Of a stretch of DNA of 64,000 bases, positions 26,944-35,286 are shown in pieces (the first letter of the stretch is position 1; the number at the start of each line of letters is the position of its first letter). The notes under the pieces were generated by a model, which ran no database searches, was not told the DNA's origin, and saw nothing but the letters and a program-made list of their open reading frames with translations. Source of the DNA: Candidatus Saccharimonadales bacterium (lineage in GTDB: Bacteria > Patescibacteriota > Saccharimonadia > Saccharimonadales > EFPC-124); contig DATIBO010000006.1 in assembly GCA_035457485.1 (NCBI GenBank), positions 94,134 through 158,133 on the forward strand. Reading direction: 5' to 3'. A program made the translations under genes and the position numbers.

Positions 26944-27621
26944 CTAGTCTTTTTTTGTTGGAGCCTGCCAAGCAACTACAGCGGCGTCTATTTGGCCTGC
27001 GCCAGCTACTCGCAAAAGGTTAGCCGCCACATACAAGCTAGCTCCTGTGGTACAGACGTCGTCTATTAAAATTACGTTGGATTCTAGAATCTGACCAGGT
27101 TTTATGCAAATACTGCTTTTTGCCTGCAAAAAACGTTCTTTTTTACTAGCACCAACTTGTCGTTGATCCGAACTCCTATACAACGGGGTTATCATTTTTA
27201 AACCACGAAGCCGAGCGAATTCCTTTGCAACCAAGTAAGCATGGTCGTAACCACGTTGCCTAATGTGGGTTAGTGACGTGGGCACGGGAACGACGACTGT
27301 ATTTCGCGGCAAATATGAAACAGTAGCATCAATTGCTGATGCAAGCGGTTTATACGCAGCTTTTGCTCTATGAAACTTGAAGTCTTTTATAAGTTTTGCC
27401 ACATCATACTTGTACTCTGCGGCTATGTAAACTCGATTTAACTTTGATTCTTGGCAGTTCGCGCAAACCTTATACAATTCCGTGATGCCAGAACACATTG
27501 CGCAGACTGTTGCAATTTCGCAAAATTTTTCAGCCAAGCAGTTAGCGCAAAATATGTTGTTATTATGTCCACAGGCTAGGCACTGGTGCGGAGCTATCAG
27601 CTCAATAATTCTCTCGATCAT
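26944..27621 (-). CDS. comF: ComF-family phosphoribosyltransferase-like protein
   Basis: Four N-terminal CxxC motifs, VPVP, RGYDH and LIDDVCTTGASL. Confidence 0.9.
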   Translation of the reverse strand: MIERIIELIAPHQCLACGHNNNIFCANCLAEKFCEIATVCAMCSGITELYKVCANCQESKLNRVYIAAEYKYDVAKLIKDFKFHRAKAAYKPLASAIDATVSYLPRNTVVVPVPTSLTHIRQRGYDHAYLVAKEFARLRGLKMITPLYRSSDQRQVGASKKERFLQAKSSICIKPGQILESNVILIDDVCTTGASLYVAANLLRVAGAGQIDAAVVAWQAPTKKD

Positions 27622-27739
27622 TGATGTCTTTTTTACTTCTTTTGCTTATAATATTGCCATAACTTGCAATTTTCCGCTATAATTGGCGTACAGTAACCTC
27701 AAGTGCAGACCTAATTTGAAGTGGAGGAGGTGAACACAC

Positions 27740-28216
27740 ATGGCACGAGGACAAAAGCAAAATGATGATTTGCTGATTGAAGATGAGTTAGCAGCAGCAT
27801 TTTTAGGTGACGACGACGTCGACGTTTCGACGCCACAGAACGATGATCGAGCTGTCGCTCAGCAAGAAGCGACCTGGGAAGAGGATGACGCTGTTCCTGG
27901 TCAGCTTGCTGTTGACGTATTTGAAACAAAAGATAAATTAGTTGTTAAGGCTCGTACAGCAGGCGTAAACAAACAAGACCTAGACGTCAGTATTTCTGAT
28001 GGCATCTTGACCATTAGCGGAACTCTTACAAGCGGCGAAGAAGAAGTTGAACAATGGCATTTGCAAGAATGCTATTGGGGAGAATTCTCTCGTACTTTAG
28101 CTTTGCCGGTTCAAGTCAAAGAAGAAGAAGTTGAAGCTATGCTAAAAGATGGCGTTCTTACAATTAGCTTTGCGAAAATTAAGCAAGAACAAGCTCGTAA
28201 AATTCAGATCCAATAA
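27740..28216 (+). CDS. Hsp20/alpha-crystallin small heat-shock protein
   Basis: VDVFET, GEFSRTLALP and A-x-x-KDGVLTI motifs; strong SD. Confidence 0.93.
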   Translation: MARGQKQNDDLLIEDELAAAFLGDDDVDVSTPQNDDRAVAQQEATWEEDDAVPGQLAVDVFETKDKLVVKARTAGVNKQDLDVSISDGILTISGTLTSGEEEVEQWHLQECYWGEFSRTLALPVQVKEEEVEAMLKDGVLTISFAKIKQEQARKIQIQ

Positions 28217-28232
28217 GCTACTGAATTAATAA

Positions 28233-28262
28233 AAAATATGCCCGTCAATGCGGGCTATTTTT
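28233..28262 (+). terminator. hsp20 terminator
   Basis: GCCCG-TCAATG-CGGGC stem followed by a T tract. Confidence 0.7.
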
Positions 28263-28372
28263 ATATTCGTTGACAGTCAGAATGTTTCGGATGGACTAAC
28301 TTAGTCTACTTAAGTTTGCCTACAGCACAGCCTCTAATCTGTGCTGGGCTACTCAGCCTAAATTTGCCAAAC

Positions 28373-28407
28373 AAAAAACCGCCCAAAAAGGCGGTCTTTG
28401 TTTTTTT
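28373..28407. terminator. Bidirectional terminator at the end of the pilin array
   Basis: A-tract, ACCGCC-N6-GGCGGT, T-rich tract. Confidence 0.75.
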
Positions 28408-28417
28408 GAACCGATCT

Positions 28418-28849
28418 TTAGGTAAGCTCGTTTGTAACAAACTGAACTGCACCAAAGGCTAGAACTGCAACAACTATACCAATGATTGCGTATAGAATTG
28501 TATTTTTGGCACTTGTGATTGCATTTTGGTCACCCTGTGAAACAGTGTAGCGAATACCACCGATGATCAACATGATTACGGCGATAGAACCGATGATGAA
28601 TATCAAAATGTTGGTGACAATTACAAAGATACCAGTTGAGCCGAACAGTTGCGTGTCGGCACTAGGGCGAACACATTCTGCGCCACCAGCAGGACCCTGA
28701 GAAATATCTGGGTTTGCAGCGTTACATGTTGTTGTAGTAGTTGGTGTTGGACCTGCGTTAACTGCAACTGGGACAACGAACGAAAGACCTAAAACCAACA
28801 ATGGCGCGATCATTAAAGTTTGTGCTGCTTTTTGCAAAAAAGATTTCAC
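28418..28849 (-). CDS. T4SS pilin-like protein (VirB2/TrbC-like), candidate major pilin
   Basis: Signal peptide, Cys-pair head, two TMs around GGIRYTVSQGD...AKNTILYAIIG; has its own -10 and SD. Confidence 0.8.
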   Translation of the reverse strand: MKSFLQKAAQTLMIAPLLVLGLSFVVPVAVNAGPTPTTTTTCNAANPDISQGPAGGAECVRPSADTQLFGSTGIFVIVTNILIFIIGSIAVIMLIIGGIRYTVSQGDQNAITSAKNTILYAIIGIVVAVLAFGAVQFVTNELT

Positions 28850-28914
28850 TTAATTTTTCTCCGATTATGCTTTCATTGTAACATTTATTACACAAAATTC
28901 TAGATAGTTTAACT

Positions 28915-29388
28915 TTAGCTGAATTGCCCGGTCACAAACCCGACTATTCCGAAGGCTGCGACAGATAAAACTACACCAACAATGGCGTACAAAATTGTAT
29001 TTTTGGCGGCGCTAATTGCATTTTGGTCGCCCTGCGCGACAGTGTAGCGAATAGCACCGATAATTACCATAATTACCGAAATCGCTCCGACGATAAAGAT
29101 TAGGATATTCGCAACTTGCTGCAAAGTTCCAGTCACGGTTCGGCCGTCTGGACTAGTGCAAGTCGTGCCATCCCAGGTTCCACCAGACCCTAAACAGGCA
29201 GATTCTTTCGCCGTTGAAGACGAAGTGGCTGCAGGAATACAAGTCGTGCCATCCCAGGTTCCACCACCTCTAACACAAGCTGCCTCGAGCGAAGGGTTCG
29301 CCGCAACCGGAGCAATCACAAACAGCGATAAAAACGCCGAAACAAAAGTTATTTTTACAATTCCAGAAAATTTAGCTAAATATCTCAT
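28915..29388 (-). CDS. T4SS pilin-like protein with duplicated Cys mini-domain
   Basis: GAIRYTVAQGD...AKNTILYAIVG; two copies of AC-x3-GGTWDGTTC. Confidence 0.8.
   Translation of the reverse strand: MRYLAKFSGIVKITFVSAFLSLFVIAPVAANPSLEAACVRGGGTWDGTTCIPAATSSSTAKESACLGSGGTWDGTTCTSPDGRTVTGTLQQVANILIFIVGAISVIMVIIGAIRYTVAQGDQNAISAAKNTILYAIVGVVLSVAAFGIVGFVTGQFS
29159..29266. repeat. 27-bp exact direct repeat within a pilin gene
   Basis: CAAGTCGTGCCATCCCAGGTTCCACCA at 29159-29185 and 29240-29266, 81-nt period. Confidence 0.9.
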
Positions 29389-29756
29389 ATATTTGTTAAT
29401 ACAAAGTTTACTATTGCATTGGCCATTACTGCAACTATTAGCGCAACCACGGCGTATATAATTGTGTTCTTAGCAGATGTAACTTGAGCCTGATCGCCGC
29501 CGCTAACCGCATATCTAATTGAGCCGATGATTATCATCAGCACGGCAATAGCACCGACTACAAAAGTTAGGGCATTTAAGATATTGTTCCAAATACTATT
29601 AGCACCGAATAGGCTGTCATCTCCACTTGCCGCTGCACAAAGCTCGGTGTTTACTAAATCTGGATCAAGGCATGGATCGATCACCGCCGCACTAGCGGGC
29701 ACAGCAACAAGAGTTGCAATAATGCTAAGTGCTACTAAAATACTTTTTAATTTCAT
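29385..29756 (-). CDS. T4SS pilin-like protein
   Basis: Signal peptide, Cys pair, GSIRYAVSGGD...AKNTIIYA. Confidence 0.8.
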   Translation of the reverse strand: MKLKSILVALSIIATLVAVPASAAVIDPCLDPDLVNTELCAAASGDDSLFGANSIWNNILNALTFVVGAIAVLMIIIGSIRYAVSGGDQAQVTSAKNTIIYAVVALIVAVMANAIVNFVLTNI

Positions 29757-30028
29757 TATATTCTCCCTAAAACAAATTGAATTAAAGCTACTGCACTCGA
29801 TGAAACAATCAAGCCGATCACTGCATACAAAATTGTATTTTTTGCCTGACCGATCTCTTTTTGCTCGCCATTACTAGTTGCATAGCGAATCGCGCCAATC
29901 AAAATAAAAAGTACACAAATCCCACCAATTGCCGTAAATGTAAGCGACATCGCTGTTCCAATAACCGTATTGTCTAAAGCAACTTTGGGGATTCCGGGGA
30001 TTACTACTGTTTGAGCAAAATTCTTCAT
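29756..30028 (-). CDS. T4SS pilin-like protein (minimal, no head)
   Basis: GAIRYATSNGE...AKNTILYAVIG. Confidence 0.78.
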   Translation of the reverse strand: MKNFAQTVVIPGIPKVALDNTVIGTAMSLTFTAIGGICVLFILIGAIRYATSNGEQKEIGQAKNTILYAVIGLIVSSSAVALIQFVLGRI

Positions 30029-30459
30029 GATGAGACAAAGCCCCTATATATAAACTGAGTGATTGCGATCGACGAAAGAACAATTATAAGACCAATGATT
30101 GCGTTTTTAATAGTGTCTTTCGCGGCCGACAGGTTACTTGGTTCACCTTGGCTTTTAGTATATTGAATTCCGCCCCATATCACAAAACCGATCGCAATGT
30201 AGCCAGCGAGTTTTAAGACATCGTTAAATAGGGGAATTATTATCTTCCAGATATCGCGAATCGAATTAATAACAACTGTTTGTTCGCAATCACCCTGATT
30301 GTTGCAGGTCTCAACTCTTGTCAGACAGTGATCCCAAGATTCTAAACCTAGGAATTCGAGAGGTGTGCCTTCGCAAGCCGCGAAATTAGTTAAAGGAGCG
30401 GAGGTGAAAGAAAAAATCATTCCTAAACTCAGAATGCCTTCTACGAAAAAACTGATCAT
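30025..30459 (-). CDS. T4SS pilin-like protein
   Basis: Four-Cys head; GGIQYTKSQGE...AKDTIKNAIIG. Confidence 0.78.
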   Translation of the reverse strand: MISFFVEGILSLGMIFSFTSAPLTNFAACEGTPLEFLGLESWDHCLTRVETCNNQGDCEQTVVINSIRDIWKIIIPLFNDVLKLAGYIAIGFVIWGGIQYTKSQGEPSNLSAAKDTIKNAIIGLIIVLSSIAITQFIYRGFVSS

Positions 30460-30881
30460 CCTAAAATTCCTCCGGGGATAATAAAGTTCAAAATCGCGAA
30501 CATAAATATGAATAGCAGCAGTCCAACGCAGGCGTTAATGATCACTGTGATCGCTTGTTGCGTTTGCGAACTGTTGCCGCGGGCTGTCATATATAAAAAA
30601 CCTCCCCAAACAATTCCGCCTACAACCACAAGGCCAACTCCACCAGCAAAAAGCGCCAAAACAGCTACTAAAACTTGAACAATTGGATTGGTTTGAAATG
30701 TTGATCCATTCTCGATACAACGTTCGCCGACCAGGGCGATTGAGGTCTTAATTCCTTGCTCGCCTGAGCTCGTTGTGCACCGCAAATTCTGAGGAATCGG
30801 ATTAGCAAGTGCTGCATTAGACATTAAAAAACAGCTGAATAAAGAAACTATCGCAAACAGAATTGGCCGCTTAAAACTCAT
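30456..30881 (-). CDS. T4SS pilin-like protein
   Basis: Signal peptide, Cys pair, GGFLYMTARGN...AITVIINACVG. Start placed at ATG 30881, 6 nt after TACAAT. Confidence 0.75.
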   Translation of the reverse strand: MSFKRPILFAIVSLFSCFLMSNAALANPIPQNLRCTTSSGEQGIKTSIALVGERCIENGSTFQTNPIVQVLVAVLALFAGGVGLVVVGGIVWGGFLYMTARGNSSQTQQAITVIINACVGLLLFIFMFAILNFIIPGGILG

Positions 30882-30950
30882 ATCCACATTGTATGCCAAA
30901 ATCGTGCGATAATCTATACGCAAATACAATAATGGCGTATTATATAAACA

Positions 30951-32273
30951 ATGAGTCGGACAATTAAATTAGTAGGGCGGTTTTTGTTCTTTGTCGCAAT
31001 AACTCTCGCGGCGAACTTCACACTCCAAGCCACCTCTGCGCACGCAGAAGGCACGATTAGCGGTGGTAATTTTTGCGTAGAAGTAACATTAGGCGACGGT
31101 GAAAAAGCCTGCGCCGTAATCGAGGATGACTTGATAGAAGTTACACTCGATCCAGCCGCAGCCGGCAGCAGTCAAACTATAGATAACGGCAAAATCGATA
31201 TCACAAACGTGCCACGCGGTACCTACACAGTAACTGTCCAATTTGAGCTCACAAAAGAGCTCTGCAGCTCAGTGACTAGTATTATTGGGGATATCATTCC
31301 AATTTCACGAATTATCGACGTTATCACTGGCGGCTTTAACCCAGTAGATACGGTTCTGAGCGCCCGTCTATGTGACAATGACGGCGTTTACCGCGCAAGC
31401 AGAGTTTTTTCTAACGTAAGAGTAGAGGACGGCCAGACCACGTTTTTAATGGGAGACAATAACACAGATAACAGGGTGTTGGCACATGCCATCAGGGTTG
31501 ATCCCGAAACTGGCTTGCCCGTAATTGTCTGTGCGGGCGAAAGCAACTTATTTGTTGACTGGGTTATTTGTCCGGCGATCGAATTCACATTTAGAGCAAT
31601 AGACTTAGCAATTACCTACATTTTAGTGCCTTTTTTGAGCATTAATCCGCTCACAGTCACCACTGTTAACGATCAAGGGCAGACGGTTCAAACCGAGCTC
31701 TATCAGATCTGGGACAACGTCAGAAATGCAACCAATATTTTGTTCATTTTGGTTTTCTTTGTAATGATCTTTTGGCAGGCAATTGGTAGTGTTTATGGTG
31801 TTAAAAAAATTCTTCCGCGGCTTATTCTTATGGCAATCGCAGCAAACTTGTCGTTCTTTATTTGTCAAATAATGATCGATATTTCTAACGTTCTAGGCAT
31901 TGGAATTGCTTCATTACTAACAGCTGCCATTATCGGCGACCAGCCTGTCCTTGACCTTAGCGGAATCATTGCGCCGTTATTTGGGGCATCGGTGCCTATA
32001 CTTGTTGCACTCTTTATTATGATTATTTTCTCTGCGGTTATGATCATAATTGGTGTGCTTGTACTTATTTTCCGACAAATTGTGCTTATATTCTTAGTTC
32101 TAATTTCGCCGGTGGCTTTTGCCGCGGGGGTTTTGCCGAACACCGCCAATTTGCTAAACCAATGGTTCAATATGTTGATTCGACTAGTCTTAATGTACCC
32201 AATTTGTATGTTGATTCTTTCGGCTGCCAGAATAGCTGGTCATATCATAACTAACATAGGAGCACAGTTCTAA
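30951..32273 (+). CDS. VirB6/TrbL-like polytopic membrane protein
   Basis: Signal peptide, extracellular beta domain, then WDNVRNATN...KKILPRL...LISPVAF...LPNT multi-TM region; T4SS context. Confidence 0.7.
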   Translation: MSRTIKLVGRFLFFVAITLAANFTLQATSAHAEGTISGGNFCVEVTLGDGEKACAVIEDDLIEVTLDPAAAGSSQTIDNGKIDITNVPRGTYTVTVQFELTKELCSSVTSIIGDIIPISRIIDVITGGFNPVDTVLSARLCDNDGVYRASRVFSNVRVEDGQTTFLMGDNNTDNRVLAHAIRVDPETGLPVIVCAGESNLFVDWVICPAIEFTFRAIDLAITYILVPFLSINPLTVTTVNDQGQTVQTELYQIWDNVRNATNILFILVFFVMIFWQAIGSVYGVKKILPRLILMAIAANLSFFICQIMIDISNVLGIGIASLLTAAIIGDQPVLDLSGIIAPLFGASVPILVALFIMIIFSAVMIIIGVLVLIFRQIVLIFLVLISPVAFAAGVLPNTANLLNQWFNMLIRLVLMYPICMLILSAARIAGHIITNIGAQF

Positions 32274-33532
32274 TGGATTTTATGTTTGACATACTGAATC
32301 ATTTTGCGACAGGCAACGTTATATCTGAGGTTGCACAAAGCTCGATGTTCGCTGCGGCAGGTTTTATAGTTACGGCTGCTGGAATTGGTGGGTTTGCATT
32401 TTCTTTTGGAGCCGCGGACAAAGCCACCAAAGCCATGTACCAGGCAGGGATGAGTGGAGTAAAAAGAGTTGGCAAAATCGGGGCTGGTGCTGCTAAATTT
32501 GGTGCCAAAGAAGCCGTTCGTAACTCTCGCCCAATGCAAGCTTGGCAAGAAGCCAAACGCGAAAAAGCCTTCGCAAGGAAAGGTCGTGCACAGAGAGATT
32601 ACGCAGCCGCATCTTCGAGCGACTCTCTACTGGGTCGAGCATTGCGCGCCTACACCTTTGGTGCTGGTGATAAGAACTTGGCTTTCGCGCAACAAGGTAT
32701 GGTTCGCGACATGCGTGACCGCTCGACAGAGCTTGGATCAACAATTGGCCACATGAACCCGTCAAATCTTAAAGCTCACTTATCCAGTATTGCTAGAGGT
32801 GGCGCTGGAACTGGCATGGACAGTGAGTTGAACGCAGCCGGCATAACATTCAGAGGTCACGGAGCTGCAGCTTCGTCGCTTGCAGTTATGAATCACTTAG
32901 CACAAACAGGTGATCTAAACGAAGACATCATGTCTTACTTAACCGACTCATACTCAGACAATGATAAGCAAGGCACCCCTAAACTCGAGCAAGCAAGATT
33001 GTCCTACTGGTCTGGTCAAGTTCAGGCCGCCCAGCGTGCTGCGGGTGCAAACGGCAACCCATCTATGCTAAAAAACACCGTCGATATTTCTATGGGACCT
33101 CTTGGCACATACACTGCGAGCTACAAGTCGAACGTTGGCGACACCCTAAAGAAGGTTACTGCCGAAAGCTACAAGGGTATGAGTGGCGATGGTGTGGAGT
33201 CTACTGCACGCGCCGTAATGACTCAGGCTCCGAAAGCCACACCAGGCACACCTGGCTTTGTTCCTGGCGCAGTTACATTCCCAGTAAAGACCGTGACCAT
33301 GAAAAAATACAACCCCACAACTGGGGCAACAGAAAGCTTCCCACTCACTCGTTTCGTTGACGACGGGCTACATGAGCTTGCCACAGCTTATGTCCAGGGT
33401 GAAGTTAACGGCACAAGCGCAGCCTACAAAGATCAAGGTGCCCGCGAAAAACTTAATAGCCTGCTTAACGCTAATCCGGCATTTAAAGCACAGCTTGATC
33501 AAATGGTTACTGAGCGCGAACCTCACATGTAG
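32273..33532 (+). CDS. Hypothetical protein resembling a VirB6/TrbL Gly/Ala-rich C-terminal part
   Basis: One N-terminal TM followed by a G/A/K-rich tail; TAATG overlap with the upstream gene. Confidence 0.6.
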   Translation: MDFMFDILNHFATGNVISEVAQSSMFAAAGFIVTAAGIGGFAFSFGAADKATKAMYQAGMSGVKRVGKIGAGAAKFGAKEAVRNSRPMQAWQEAKREKAFARKGRAQRDYAAASSSDSLLGRALRAYTFGAGDKNLAFAQQGMVRDMRDRSTELGSTIGHMNPSNLKAHLSSIARGGAGTGMDSELNAAGITFRGHGAAASSLAVMNHLAQTGDLNEDIMSYLTDSYSDNDKQGTPKLEQARLSYWSGQVQAAQRAAGANGNPSMLKNTVDISMGPLGTYTASYKSNVGDTLKKVTAESYKGMSGDGVESTARAVMTQAPKATPGTPGFVPGAVTFPVKTVTMKKYNPTTGATESFPLTRFVDDGLHELATAYVQGEVNGTSAAYKDQGAREKLNSLLNANPAFKAQLDQMVTEREPHM

Positions 33533-33538
33533 GAATCC

Positions 33539-34384
33539 ATGGCCACTTATAAAGTACCTCAAGATGTTGAAGCCGAAGATAAGCTACTTGGACCTTTTAG
33601 CTTTAGACAGTTTGTCTATTTAGCAATTGCTCTTGGGGCAGCAGTAATCGCTTTCTTTTTGTTCAGGGTTTTTCCGCTTTTGTTTTTAATCCCGCTACCT
33701 ATAACCATTTTCTTTGGCGCTTTGGCTTTGCCACTACGAAAAGATCAGCCAATGGAAACATACTTATTGGCCATTGTGAGATTTAATCTAAAACCAAAGC
33801 TTCGTAAGTGGGATCCAGAGGGTGTAATTAGTTATGTAGAAATAATCGCGCCAAAGTTAATGGAGAAACAGCTTACAAAAGAATACGGCGCGGATTCGGC
33901 TCAAGAACGCTTAGACTATCTTGCGCGCGTTATGGACAGTCGTGGTTGGGCTCATAAAGGTGTGGAAACAACCACAAATCCAAGCGTAACTGCAACAGTA
34001 GCGGCCGAAGCTAGATCGACAGTTGATGTCCTAGACGAAGACCAGGCGTTGTCGCGAACCTTTAAGGAGCTTATGGACCAAAAAGCAGAAGAGCAAAGGC
34101 AGGCGGCGATTGAAATGATGAAAAAAGCGCAAACCGAACCCGCTCTGGCAACTCCGGTGAATATAAACTACAACCCTTACCCAACTTCAATGCATCAAAA
34201 AGTTATTCTGCCTGCCGGACAACAAAAGCCCGCACCTGTTGCGCAAAAACCTGCGATGACACCGCCAGTATCACCTGATATAATTAGACTCGCGAACAGC
34301 AATCTGAAGGTGAGTACAATTGCACACGAAATCCAGAAGCTTGAACTTAATAAGGGTGCAGTAGTAGATATTAAACTTCATTAA
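33539..34384 (+). CDS. PrgI-family (VirB3-like) protein
   Basis: YKVPQDVEAEDKLLGPFSFRQF, two TMs, DQPMETY. Confidence 0.85.
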   Translation: MATYKVPQDVEAEDKLLGPFSFRQFVYLAIALGAAVIAFFLFRVFPLLFLIPLPITIFFGALALPLRKDQPMETYLLAIVRFNLKPKLRKWDPEGVISYVEIIAPKLMEKQLTKEYGADSAQERLDYLARVMDSRGWAHKGVETTTNPSVTATVAAEARSTVDVLDEDQALSRTFKELMDQKAEEQRQAAIEMMKKAQTEPALATPVNINYNPYPTSMHQKVILPAGQQKPAPVAQKPAMTPPVSPDIIRLANSNLKVSTIAHEIQKLELNKGAVVDIKLH

Positions 34385-34406
34385 AAATACAGGGAGGGCT
34401 GGTTAA

Positions 34407-35285
34407 ATGCCACCCAACAATCAACAGACAGCTAATCAACAACCGGTTAATGCAACCCTCCCACAGGGTGCTTCACCTTTAGCGGCTCTTCCGCCAACTC
34501 CGGCGGGCAACATCGTGGCAGGTGGCTCACCCCAGGTAGCAAGTACGGGTAACAAACAAAAAAATCCGAATAGCGCGCAAAACAGCTTGCTCATCTCTGA
34601 ACTTCGCGATGGAATGGCCATATTAAACGATGGCACTATGCGCGCTGTAATTGCTTGCCGTTCGATTAACTTTGATCTTATGAGCTCACGCGAACGCGAA
34701 GCAGTTGAATTTTCTTATCAGCAGTTCTTAAACTCACTTTACTTTCCAATGCAAATATTTGTTCGATCCCAAAAAGTCGACATCGGCCCGTATCTTGAAC
34801 GCTTGGGTAAAATTCGCCGCGAACAAGACAACATGCTCCTTGGTGTTTTAATGGACGATTATGTCGACTTTATTGGTATTCTTGCGCAAGAAACCAACAT
34901 TATGGAAAAGAGCTTCTTTATAATAGTGCCTTACTACCCGGGCGGCGATGTTGGAAGCGCAGTCAATACTAGTAAGAACTTTTTAGCAAACTTGTTTTCA
35001 CCGCAGACCCAGCAGCGAATCAGAATCGACGAAAAAACTTATGCAAAAGCTGTCGATGAGCTTCGCAATCGCACCGATACGGTCATAAACGGACTGCTTC
35101 AAATTGGAATCCGTGCCGTCCGATTAAACACAAAAGAGCTAGGCGAACTATACTACAATGTCTACAACCCAGACACAGCTGTGCGCGAACCACTAGGTAA
35201 GTTCGAAAACCTAACTAGTGCTGCAGTCGTTACCAAGGGCGAAGGCAAAGCTCCGCAACCACACTTAGATAAGGAGGCGATGTAA
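34407..35285 (+). CDS. T4SS accessory protein (VirB4/TraC N-terminal-like)
   Basis: INFDLMS...E...FLNSLYFPMQI and RLNTKELGELYY motifs; sits between PrgI and VirB4. Confidence 0.7.
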   Translation: MPPNNQQTANQQPVNATLPQGASPLAALPPTPAGNIVAGGSPQVASTGNKQKNPNSAQNSLLISELRDGMAILNDGTMRAVIACRSINFDLMSSREREAVEFSYQQFLNSLYFPMQIFVRSQKVDIGPYLERLGKIRREQDNMLLGVLMDDYVDFIGILAQETNIMEKSFFIIVPYYPGGDVGSAVNTSKNFLANLFSPQTQQRIRIDEKTYAKAVDELRNRTDTVINGLLQIGIRAVRLNTKELGELYYNVYNPDTAVREPLGKFENLTSAAVVTKGEGKAPQPHLDKEAM

Positions 35286-35286
35286 T

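Noticed and set aside
29159-29266. Mini CRISPR array
   Set aside because: Only two copies, in frame within a CDS, with no cas genes.
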